A stretch of DNA of 64,000 nt from Octopus sinensis. Its lineage: Eukaryota. The stretch spans positions 108,748,001 to 108,812,000 of the forward strand of contig NC_042999.1 of the NCBI RefSeq assembly GCF_006345805.1. The letters run 5' to 3'. Below the pieces are notes generated by a model. The model was not told where the DNA came from. It did no database searches and was given only the letters and a program-made list of their open reading frames with translations. The position numbers and the translations under genes were made by a program. Shown in pieces: positions 51,016 to 61,915 of this stretch. Each line of letters begins with the position of its first letter. Positions within the stretch are counted from its first letter, which is position 1.

Positions 51016-51399
51016 AAAAAGCCATCCATAGTACTTGTATCATGTTAATTGCACACAGATCTCATTGACCAGTTTCTTTCCTGCTTTCTTGCCTTCTATC
51101 ATTGCTGAAACATAATTTTTTTAAGGTTTGTGTACTTGAGAAATTACTACACATACTTAAGGTCTGTCTTTTACTTTGCACTAGCTCCAATAGTAACAGC
51201 TGTCATTCAACTCTAACTTCTCTACACCAACAGTGTCTTACCATCCCGAGTCTGCATTGTTTGATGGTTTCTCTTAATAATGTTACATTTCCATATAAGA
51301 CACTGTTTGATAAATGTTGCTTCAAGAAACATTTTCCCCCCTCCTTAGCATTTTGGTCTTTATTTCATTTAGTGTGCTTTCTGTTGCTTTCATAAAATG

Positions 51400-52010
51400 T
51401 CCAGCAATCATATTTGTATGTCAATATATTTTCTATTGCTACTCTAAATCACTATATTTCGAGGTTATCAGATAGATTTGTTTCCTATATTGCAAACATT
51501 TTATTCATTGCTAACCATGCCCATTCAATTTTTACCCTGTTGTCTCTCTTCAAGTTTTCTACCCATGATCCCAGATAACTAGTCATTTTGGATCCATTGG
51601 TGATTTATTGTCTTCTTTCATTTGATTGAAAACCATAAACTCAGTCTTATCATTGATGTGTAGGCTGATCTCTTCTGCAGCTTGCTCAACTTCTTGAAGT
51701 AGTAGTTAATACTCTTTAGCATATTAGAAGAGCTTCATCAGCTGCATAATTTCTATCAGTATTTATACTATCAGTACTGCAGAATGATGTCTGCTTTTTT
51801 GAGGAGCTATTTGGAAATCTGTTTCTTCCCCATTTAATGTTACATTTCATAATGAGTTCAAGGCTACATTTAACAGGAAAGTTGTAAGAGTGTCAGCTTG
51901 TAGTTCTCCTACTAAGATATCAAAGAAGTCTTTGTCACTATGAGGTGATAAAACCTGAATAACTATATAGGATTTACATTATCATTTCTCCATAGCACTT
52001 AACAAGTATT
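51400..52010 (-). mobile_element. RTE-clade LINE relic, central RT domain
   Basis: QVLSPHSDKDFFDILVGELQADTLTTFLLNVAL resembles GVLQGDTLAPFLF. A decayed YADD-like NYAADEALL is followed by QEVEQAAEEISLHINDKTEFMVFNQ, SYLGSWVEN and AWLAMNKM. Confidence 0.75.
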
Positions 52011-55000
52011 CATTTTATCAATCACGTCAAACTATTTTAGCAACAGAATATAGTTAATGGAATTAATCTGGCACCTATTTTATCTACTTCAGAAATATTG
52101 AAACTTTTAAGTCAACTCAGAACCAAGCAAGACAAAACCTAAAGCATCTATTAATAAAATTGCAAACACATATTTCAAAATCATGACAAGAAGAGAATGT
52201 TAAAATTTAGGGTTAGGATTTTTCGGCTGCCAATAAATAAGTTGTTGTAGGTCAGGTTTGATTATGCAGACTACAAATATAGATGTATCTATTTTGAGAC
52301 ATTGTAACTAGGATTGCATTATATTTTCTTCCATTTTTGTTAAGATGGTAGAATATCATTTGAGGTAGATTTACCCATTATTTGTAGTTGTTTGTTTGGT
52401 CATGTTGAGGTTTTCCATGTTGTGTAGTAGATGAGGTTGCAAACCCATCTGTTTGCATATCAATGACTACACATTTTAATGTCTCCTTTCATAGTTTTAA
52501 GATGGTATGGTATGCAACAAGGGAGAATTAACTGAGTCTTGTAACAGGGAATACTTTTTTGGCTCCTGGAGCTGCATTTGAAGTGGTTAGTAATATGCAA
52601 CTAAGTTTGGGATCTGGTTTCAAGGGCCCATGTTGGAGATAAAGGAACATATGTGGCATCTGGAGTAGTTCTTGACTGAGGAAGAAGGAGCTGCTGACAG
52701 TAGGAAGCTTAAGTCATTGTTATTTAATTATATTTGATATTTTCTATTTTTATTTCATTATATATACTGTTTTCATAAACATTACCCTTCATATTTCAAT
52801 ATTTGGAAAGAAAAATGTAAATAAATAAATATTATTGACAATGTTCTTGGTTAGATTAATCTTGCTCAAAGAACAACATCAAAATTTTTGTTTCTTTTTT
52901 TAAACTACAATTTGAACATGATTTGAGAACTATCTTTTATTCAATCAATAATTGTTTAAGCCTTGAGTAAATGGAAACCAATGCAGCATTTGAATTACAC
53001 TAACTCTGACAAAGTGTATGAAGAAATTTGGAGAGAAAATTTGATGGAAAATATGTAGTTATTCTCAATTTTCAATTGATTCCAGATAGTTGCTCTTAGT
53101 TTGAAACACAAATTTCATTGTAGATTTCACTTCTTTTCATATATCTCAATGAAACAAAAGACATGAAATTTTAAATACATACTTTACACTTTATTGTTTA
53201 GTGCAACTTTTATTATTAGCTTGAGTACTTAACAGATGAGCAACCTTAAAATAGTTCTCATTTTTAGCACTTTGGCTAATTTTACAGTCTAGAGTCCTTC
53301 AGAATACAAAGTCTGATTTAAATGAAGACTTTCCATAATCATGGTTCTACTTTAGATCAGACTCTTAAGCATTTTCTACATTTACTATCAAGTTTCATCT
53401 TTTCTACAGCTATACACCATATATTTCAAGTTTTATTTACCAACATACAAACTCTTTATTATGTAACAAACTAAACATTCTAATTATTTAGTTTACATTT
53501 ATTTGCATATATTATGATTTATCTTTTCTTTTATATTTCTTTTCCAAGAATTAACAATTCTGTAAGCCTATTTATTTTGCCAAATTTCTTTAAAAAGAAA
53601 TTTTAAAACTCAATAGCACACTACATAATTTATATATAAAGATTATATAGTTAGGAATTAAGGATTTCCATGAATTGTCTTTTCACCATTAAAACTTTTA
53701 ATCTTTCCCAGACACATTTAAGTTTGAATTTACAAACTTGTGTCACTATTTCAAAAGAAATGTTGTCATTAGTTATAGAATACTTGTACACGTTTATTCT
53801 CTATTTTGTTGATGGAAACTTATTCAAAATTCAAATATAAATTCAAATATAATTCTGTATGAATCTAAATTCCTTTTTTATATTTTCCTTGAAGCAATAA
53901 TTTAAAATTCTATTGTTATAAAATTTATTATCTAATTTTACATTTTCTTTGTTGCTTGCTTTATTACTTTGGCTGAACCTAATTGCAGTTTATTATTTTG
54001 GCCTGATATTATATAAGAATATTACTCTAGTTTATTTACATAGATCACACTCAATATGATATTAGTAAATATTTTGCTTTATTTAGCATTAATCTTTAAT
54101 ATTTCATTATTGATTTTTGTTGGTAATTTTTGCTTTATTTGTTCCCTATGTTGTCTAATAAAACCTTTCCAACTATTTGTGTGTTCTATTTTTACTATAT
54201 GTAAATTAGTTTGTTCACATGTCTGATTAATGTATATGTGCATATATTTGTTTATGTAATGTCTATATATGTGAGAATATGTTGGTACATAATGCATGTA
54301 TGTTTGTATTTGTTTGTGTATTATATCTATATACCGTATATATATTTCTACCTTTGTTTCCTTCATTTCATAATGTTGCTTTCCTGCATGATTTCAAATA
54401 TTTGTATATAGCCATTCGTTTAGATAAACCATTAAGCTCATCATAAATACTTTAAACTAACAATCACTAACTTCATTTTAGATTCATATCTTTGTATATT
54501 CATTTTCTTCTTGATTTCGTGTTTTGAAATGCTGTTTCTTAGAAATTGATTTTCTTGTCGATATTTTAGTAAGATGTTGGGAACCAAGAAGAGTAGATTA
54601 GTCCTACTTTGATGGTGTTTTATCTTTTGTCTATTTTCGAACTAGCGTTCATAAGCCATTACCAACAAGTGGTTTTTTGTTTTGTTTTTTTCATATTCTC
54701 AATACAATGTCATTACCAAGGTAACGTAGCATTATTGGATATATTTCTCTGTACATGTCAATATTGGTGATGTATATGTGGCTCATGTTCAGTGTTGCAA
54801 GGAAGGCACTTGATACATGTGCTTCAGAGGTGTTCACAGCCCTTGTGGACTCTCTCGCATTTGCTTTGATATGTTATAAACTTCTGAGTGCTCTATATCT
54901 CATGTTCTAAGAGCCTTGTAGAGCATATATGTCTCAAAGACATCTTAGTTTTGATCTATGGATTAGAAGTACTCTCAGTGAACTTATGTTGGATATATAA

Positions 55001-55378
55001 CTGCATATCAATGTATAAATGTGGATTATTACACAGTTACTATGAATAATTTAAATAAACCAAACACTCTTTTCCTTTTACACTATTTGAGCACTTGAAA
55101 GACACTAGATAGCCTTCCTCAAGAGGTGACATTGTCTAACAAGTTAATGAAGGAGCCTCTGCCTAGTTGCTTGATGTACCAGAAGTAGAAATCAAATTTC
55201 TTTCAGATCAAACTCTACCTTCTTACAAAAGAAAGGACACAATGTGTAAAATGTCTGAAAAGAAGACTAGATGGTTACAAATGAAAAGCTTTTTTTAATA
55301 AGTCTTTTCAATTAGGATTGAACTGGGCCAAAAATATCTATGACAATAGCAAGCATCCCTTTACGGATACTGTCAAAG

Positions 55379-55553
55379 CAGTGTTGTCTTAAGCTATGGG
55401 CTCACTGGGCATTTGCCCAGGAGCTTCACACGCCTAGGGGCCCAACTTTGATCTATGTACACCATGGCTTGATGTTAATAAATCTACATTAAATCTACAC
55501 TATAAATCTACATTATAGGCCCTGAGGCCTATAATGCTTCTAAGATGGCCCTA
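55379..55553. mobile_element. hAT (Tip100-like) MITE, decayed
   Basis: The ends CAGTGTTGTCTTAA and (reverse complement) TAGGGCCATCTTAG approximate CAGGGCCGTCTTAA. The interior has GGGCTCACTGGGC...GCCCAGG...CCTAGGGGCCC and an 11-bp perfect hairpin at 55511-55536. No 8-bp TSD is recognisable. Confidence 0.5.
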
Positions 55554-56101
55554 CACTCAAGACAGGAGTAAAAGCTTTACTCAAATCAACAACATCCTCT
55601 TACATGCCTTTTGTATATTTAAGTCAAATGCAGTGCTATGCTCCAATCTAAAAGTGTAGAAATTGTATGGGTCAGTTCTTTGACATGGTCCCATAATATC
55701 ACACTATCATATGGTAGTCTCTTTAATCTCTATTAGACTTTGTCATAATTTAACATATATGAATTTGTCTCCAGTCAGCACCTACAAACTTTCATTTTAG
55801 GATCTGGTTTCCTTTCATTTACTTTTCTAACTTTACATTATCAACACTATCACACACACTTTTTATGTTGTTGAGTGTATGAGATTATTATTTCATTTCA
55901 AAATATTTCTTTATTACTGTTCTATTAAATTATGTAAACCACTCTCTTCAGATAAAATGAAGAAATTTAATGTACATGAAATAAATACTCTATATATACT
56001 CACATAAGCACACACATATGTGATGTACATGTGATCACAATATGGTATTTTGATGGCTTCATTAACTGTCCAACTTTTAAGAGAAAACCTATTTCTTATA
56101 G

Positions 56102-56139
56102 AGTGCAAGAATTTGACTGTGGCAATCATTAGGGATAAG
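56102..56139 (+). CDS. Candidate 38-nt coding exon (phase 1 to 0): ECKNLTVAIIRDK
   Basis: cattaac...aaacctatttcttatag|AGTGCAAG...GGGATAAG|gtgagt. The donor is near-consensus, and the phase matches the 39279 donor (G|AG gives Glu). There is no homology support. Confidence 0.4.
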
Positions 56140-56586
56140 GTGAGTGAAGCAAGTAGTAATTTGAGAAAAAGGAATTGTATGTAATTAAATTATCTATGAT
56201 TTAATTACTTGCTGAGAAAGCTGACTGTCCTCTTATTTTTAATAAATTAACAAACACTAACATGATATCTTAAAGAAAGCTAGCAAAGTTAGTGATAGTT
56301 TGTTTTGTGATTTTCAATGTAAGTTTATATCTAAGATGTGAGTATGCATGTATCTATATCTTTGGCGGGGTGGATGTGTGTCTATTTATCTATGTTGGTA
56401 TGGTGTGCATGGATTAGTTGAGTGGCATGCATGTGTACCTATTTCAAAGACCAATATCAATCCTGGATGTATTTTTATTTCTTTACTTTTCCTCATACTC
56501 TTAGATTCTTCTGTTTCTCCTCATCTGCCATATATATAAACACAGCCAAACACTCATTATTTCTTTCTTTTTTGCTCTCACTTAAG

Positions 56587-56601
56587 GGCCTGCTGTGTAG
56601 T
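56587..56601 (+). CDS. Candidate 15-nt microexon (phase 0): GLLCS
   Basis: cactcattatttctttcttttttgctctcacttaag|GGCCTGCTGTGTAGT|gtgagt. It has a long pyrimidine tract with TGC at 56573-56575, a consensus donor and a length divisible by 3, and it is in phase with 56102-56139. Confidence 0.35.
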
Positions 56602-56768
56602 GTGAGTTAAGCTATTCTTTTGTTTTGTGAAAAATATCATTCCCTGAGAGAAGTACTAGCACTGTAGTGTGACCACCTACAGACAAAGTTAAAATTATTT
56701 AATATTTTATAGACTAAAAAGTAAATTTTGAACACATTATAGCAGAAATATGGAAAAATTTGTCAGCA

Positions 56769-56839
56769 GATGGCTACAGGACTCAATCCGGTACCCCTCA
56801 GATACCGGCTGAGTACTCTACCATTAAAGCTAAACGGCT
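56769..56839 (-). pseudogene. tRNA-sized tRNA-like pseudogene or isolated SINE head (Thr-GGT-like anticodon loop)
   Basis: It has an A-box-like TAGCTTTAATGGT, an anticodon arm CTCAG-CCGGTAT-CTGAG and a T arm ACCGG-ATTGAGT-CCTGT (decayed B box), and is 71 nt long. The acceptor stem is broken. Confidence 0.45.
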
Positions 56840-56895
56840 CTCTGTCAACAATCACTGTCAAATTAAATGTTAAATAATAATTGTTTTTGTATGCT

Positions 56896-56995
56896 ACATT
56901 ATGTAAACAAACTTTCTGCTGCTTTCACAGCTATACTTTCTTGTCTGTAAAATTTGAAACACATTTGATGCTTCCAAAGTTTGTTTACATAATGT
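56896..56995. repeat. Perfect 20-bp inverted repeat with 60-bp spacer, probably a MITE core
   Basis: ACATTATGTAAACAAACTTT (56896-56915) is the exact reverse complement of AAAGTTTGTTTACATAATGT (56976-56995). Confidence 0.85.
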
Positions 56996-57654
56996 TCTCA
57001 CAAAATTATTTTAATTTTATATATATATATATATATATGAGTGAGTAGACTATATATATATCTGGAAACAAACACAGGGGATGCACACACACACCACACT
57101 CATTCACGTTAAAAAAGTAAAAAAACCTTTGATACATATATGCAGACAAACACAGTCATAAATTTGCAATATCTACATTGATAAACATAGTGACAAATTT
57201 ATGATACATATATGCATATATGTCCAGTCAAATTTTGTTTCTAAAAGACAACAAACTTCCCATTTCTTTCTCCTTCTTCTCACCTTGATGATATTTTTAC
57301 TCTGCTCCTCCTTCCACTTTCTGTGAAAGCTTCACTCAATCCAACACATTTCTTCCCGCTACTGTCATTCCTTTCCTCTTCTTCACTTATACTGTGTATC
57401 TTAGTTTCCATAAATGTTCCAAACCACTACCCTTATAAATCTATATTTATACTCTGCAGCAGCTAACAGACGAAAAATATATAATTACACTTTCTATGTG
57501 CTGGATTTGTATTGGTCACACAAGAGCTTTAAATTATTCTAAATATACAAGAATCAGGAAAAAGAAGAGAGATCAGTATCCATGTCCTTTGTAAGTCCTT
57601 TCAGACAGCACAACTCATATATGCTTGTCCATATATGTGTGTGTGCTGTTTGGA

Positions 57655-57765
57655 AAAAAGTGAGGGTTGGCAACAGGAAGGGCAACTGGTTGAAAAAATC
57701 TGCCTCAACAAATTTCAACTGACTCATGCAATCATGGAAATGTGGATGTTAAAAATGATGATGGA
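57655..57765 (+). mobile_element. RTE-type tail fragment
   Basis: GGTTGGCAACAGGAAGGGCAACTGG...CTGCCTCAACAAATTTC...CATGCAATCATGGAAATGTGGATGTTAAAAATGATGATG. Confidence 0.75.
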
Positions 57766-57783
57766 CAATTATATATGTATATA

Positions 57784-58125
57784 TCATATTTGATGGCCTA
57801 TAAGATGCACAAGTACATAGGACACACCCTAGCCTATGTTATACTTTTGTATAATAAATCACCATTAAAATAATGTATTAATACCTCTACTTACCTGTAT
57901 AACTTTATGTTACTACCTGTAATTATAAGCAATTTATTGCATCCACATTCGATATAAACATACCATAGGCAATTGTTCACCAATAGATGGCAGCATGTTT
58001 TGTAAACATACATACCATTCTGAGCAAGTTTTGAGCCTACATTGAGTGCATTGGATAGAGGGGGATTTTTAAAGCCATTTTTGTGTAAAAAAAAAAAGGT
58101 GCATCTTATAGGCCATAGAATACAG
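57784..58125. mobile_element. 342-bp pogo-type MITE, TA TSD
   Basis: The left end TCATATTTGATGGCCTATAAGATGCAC matches the reverse-complemented right end CTGTATTCTATGGCCTATAAGATGCAC; the shared ancestral start CCGTATT shows CpG decay. TA lies at 57782-57783 and 58126-58127. Confidence 0.8.
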
Positions 58126-58235
58126 TATGTACACACACATACACACACACACACCATAAAGCTAAACCCTTTATGGATGGAAAACCCACAGTAATTCCAT
58201 AAACTGGCCTTCCCCATCAATATACATATATATAT

Positions 58236-58352
58236 ACTCTTTGTTCTTTTACTCGTTTCAGTCATTTGACTGTGGCCATGCTGGAGTACTGCTTTTAGTC
58301 GAGAAAATCAACCCCAGGACATATTCTTTGTAAGCCTAGTACTTATTCTGAC
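58236..58352 (-). mobile_element. Family A SINE tail fragment
   Basis: CTTTTACTCGTTTCAGTCATTTGACTGTGGCCATGCTGGAGTACTGC...CCCCAGGAC...AGTACTTATTC. Confidence 0.8.
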
Positions 58353-58539
58353 CAACTAAACATAGTCACCCTGTTAGTCATTATGTTGAATTTAGATATT
58401 CATAGTATCTTTGGATTTATAGTGGTTAGTATATTCATTAATATTTATGAGAAAAAAGTGTGAATAGGGTCAGAGTTTAAATAGAGTGAACAGAGAATAG
58501 TGTTTATTTGATTCAGTAGAGAGAGGAGGAACACAGAGT

Positions 58540-59120
58540 GATGTGTCTTCTTCCACATTCTCCAGATACTGTAATGCCTTTCTCTGATAACCTCTCTTGG
58601 CAATCACACATTTATAATGTTGCTGAGACTGTGTCTTTAAAAGCTGTGTTTCTCCTTCATGACTAGAAAATTCTTCAGCCTTAAGTCATTGCTTGTGTAG
58701 CATTAGCCACAAGTGTATTCCTACATTGGAGTCTTGTTTTTATAAATGGAATGGTGCATTTGGAAGCATTTTAGAGTGCTTTCCAAAACAAGCAAGTCAA
58801 CTAACTAGTAGGTAGTATTTCACTAACCAGTATACTACAACACTTTACTTGCTGATATGCAGTGGCCTCTGTTTATCTTCTATCAATACTACAATGGCTT
58901 CTACACATCTGAGTACAATATGTGTTAAACCTGTTTGATGCATCTTTTTTTTCTCTTCTCTTCTGTCCCACTGTCTCTCTCCACCCATATTCTGCAATAG
59001 TCAGTTGACACAATCCTTCCTTTACAAAGATCTCTTTCTGTCCATGTATTCTCCATTCACAAATTCATTATCAAAAACTACCCCATCTACTTCACCATTC
59101 TTAGAAGGCCTACAAAATCT
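58540..59120 (+). mobile_element. CR1/Jockey-group LINE relic, C-terminal region
   Basis: NLSWQSHIYNVAETVSLKAVFLL / RKFFSLKSLLV / CAGCAGTGGCCTCTG...CAATACTACAATGG, approximately VASL.LFY.YYNG. This is the motif order of CR1-type ORF2 C-termini. Confidence 0.55.
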
Positions 59121-59783
59121 GTAGTAGTTTGCTAAGTCTACTACCCTCTCTTTCTGATTAAATAATCAAAGAAAGAACGAACACTTTTGCTACAGTAGCA
59201 CATTGCTGGATGATGTTGCTGTGTATAAGTATTTATGGATGGTTGAATACATACATGCATGTGTTGTGTAAGTCGAAGAAGTAATCATTTGACCTCTGAA
59301 TGTATAAATGGTCTTCTGCTTTGACAATATATTTAGAGTTTTCTTAAATGTCATGAATATGTTTTATGCTGTATTTTTTAGTGTGTTCAGTACTTTGAGA
59401 TGTTTTTGTCATTTAGCTTTTGGACAACCTATGGTTAAAAACATTCTGGCTAAGACTAGCCTCATTTTTGGAAATATATAAAACTCTATTGTCCTTTAAT
59501 TTTAAGATGGTGGCATGTGATTTTCAAGAATATTTAACTGCTATTTTTAGTGGGTTGACTCAAACTTTAGTGTCTGTAAGAGATATATGTATATATAGCA
59601 TATAAATAAATAAATAACAATGAGATATAAGAGATAAGAATATTTTTGGAAATTTCTAAATACCATTTCCTGCTATCTGTTTACTCTTTTATGAATGGAA
59701 GGCTCCAACAACATTTGTAAAAATGGGTCACTGTCTACAAAATGGAATTGTAAGAATAACATAAATATAGCTGTGTGTATGTG

Positions 59784-59820
<37 letters not shown>

Positions 59821-60324
59821 GGAGAGAGAGATTTATGCACATACACATATATTTATTCAGTCTTCGTGGGAATCGTTGGCCTTGAATTTCTTAGATGACA
59901 TCTGACTCCAAATCTCTGACCTACATCATTCTAACATTAAATCAACCACCAATTAATAGAATGCTTAATATCTCTTCTTCCCATATCTAAGGCAAATGAG
60001 AAGACTTTTCTACAAATGCAAGTTCTATTTAGTATTGAGACACTCAGTTTGTGTATTGGCTGTGAAGCATTTTATATTTGGCATTTGAGATATTTTTCGT
60101 TGGCACCACAGTGATAGTAATAAATGAACTCTGACAAGAATTTTCAAAGATCTGAAACTACAGTGAGTTTGATATCTATACTGTGCTGTTGAGGAATTGA
60201 TGTATATCTTGCCAAGTTTCTTTCCACAACAGGACTGTTTCAAACATATAAATTATGTTTTAGTAAACAAAAGTTCCTGAAATTTTTATGCTGTGTTGGT
60301 AGAAAATTAATTTCTTAACAGCAA

Positions 60325-60500
60325 GTGGATGGCAGAATCAATACCTTGTCGCTCTAATTCAGCTCACATCCACTTTGACTTCTGCTTTACCAAGGTTGTT
60401 AAAATAAATATTGTGATTGATGTAATTGACTATACCTTGGAAGGTGGTACCCTACCATGGCGACAGTTCAATGACTGATACCAGCAAAAAAAAAAAGAAT
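60325..60500 (+). mobile_element. Chimeric SINE: family C head/body with family A tail
   Basis: GGATGGCAGAATC...ACTTTGACTT...TAAAATAAATA...GATGTAATTGACT, followed by AAGGTGGTACCCTACCATGGCGACAGTTCAATGACTGATAC. Confidence 0.5.
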
Positions 60501-61319
60501 GTTATCACTCTAACACTGAAATGAAATGAAATGTTTTCTTTCTATTTATGAGATATTTTCTTGGCACTTTGTAGAATTAAGTGAGACTTTGTCATGGATT
60601 ATAAAATGTCTGAAACTACTATAGATTTAATACATGCTCCATACTGTTACAGAGAACTTGGGGTATATCCATTGAGTTTGATATCGCAGCAAGAATGTAT
60701 ACTATGAACATATTGGTATACTTTAATATAGCAATGTCTTTTGTTTTGTATTTTTATTCACATCACATTATAACTTTCATATTATTTTTAAGTCAGTATA
60801 GCTCCCATACTTTTGGATTTTGTTTATCTCATTCGGCTCTAAGTTCTTTAGACTCTCTTTCTGTAATGTCTGCATTTCAATGCTATTCAGTTTTACATAT
60901 CTACACATGCATCATAATGTCTAACTACTGTTCAGAAAGAACATTTTGTCATTAGATATCACAATTCTCTGAACTTTTTGCCACTTTACTCTGTATCAGC
61001 ACTGCTCCACACTAAAAATTTAAGGACTAGGCATTATCTACCACTTCCAGAGTTTTTAAACCTGAACTGTCAATCCATTCAAATGCATCCATTGCTAGCA
61101 CTTTTAAACTTAATCCTTTCACATAACTTACTACTATTAAATCTTTACCAATGACTGACACCTTAGGCTTGGCCATGTTTACATGTCTCCTATTTATTAT
61201 CACATTGTCTTTGCAATATTTATTCGATAAGTTTTCTATTCAAAGTAATATCATTTTGCATAGTATTTAGGCTCTTTAATATCTTTCTTCCGTTAAGAAT
61301 GCTTTCTATTTCCTTACAG

Positions 61320-61915
61320 GAACTACACTTATTATATGATCTATAGAAAAGGAAATGGCATTAGTTACTTCAATCAGATTGTTTCTGGTTTCATAGGCAA
61401 TTTATTATTCTTAACTATATTAATATATATATTATTGATTTATTTCTATAGTCAGTTTGCTGAAATCAGCAGTAATTAGCACTCAACTCCAAAGGATTCC
61501 CACTTATTAAATTTACGGAATACGCTTTTGAGATGTTGCCACAGCTTTTAGTTGCTTTCTCCTAAAAGCAATTCGTCTTAGCATTTATACTAAAAAATAT
61601 TTCACAGTACCATCATATCACCCAAAAAAGAATATTGTAGCTAGCACTGAAAATATTTCTGTGCAGTTGCTTAAGCACAAAGAAGAGTCCATACTTCAAT
61701 TCATATGCTCTATAATATATCTGAGTCACTTAAGAGGTTGTAACTAAGTGAACTAAATATAGTAAAGCTACCCATCACCATCAAACAAAAATACAAGGAA
61801 AGATGACTTAAATATTTGTCATAAGTGTTAAAGTATCATACTTCTAATTGTGGGCCAAGTTTTCTGTAAACTACTTCCTAAGAAACTTTAGAAAGAAGTT
61901 AATAGTATGTTTCAC
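61320..61915 (+). pseudogene. Possible highly decayed class A (FMRFamide-receptor-like) GPCR remnant
   Basis: The fragments appear in receptor order: IVSGFIGNLLFLTIL (TM1 GN), LIKFTEYAFEMLPQLLVAFS*KQFVLA (TM3/ERF-like), KMT*IFVISV (TM6-like) and FSVNYFLRNFRKKLIVCF (TM7/helix 8-like). There are many stops and the spacing is too short, so it may be chance. Confidence 0.3.

Noticed and set aside
52560-52710. GC-richer patch with short open frames
   Set aside because: It contains a stop in the best frame, has no splice pair, and has no recognisable motif.
54640-55000. Possible further RTE C-terminal fragment on the minus strand (ATLNMSHIYITNIDMYR)
   Set aside because: Only one weak motif is visible, which is too degraded to call.
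57891-58265. 124-aa minus-strand ORF ending at a CAG|GTAAGT donor
   Set aside because: It spans a SINE tail, a (TG)n tract and the pogo MITE. The donor is inside the MITE.
60780-61100. Possible CR1 C-terminal remnant (QYSSHTFGF..SALSSLDS)
   Set aside because: The similarity to EYCSHIWG..L..LD is suggestive but isolated, and is not supported without a search.
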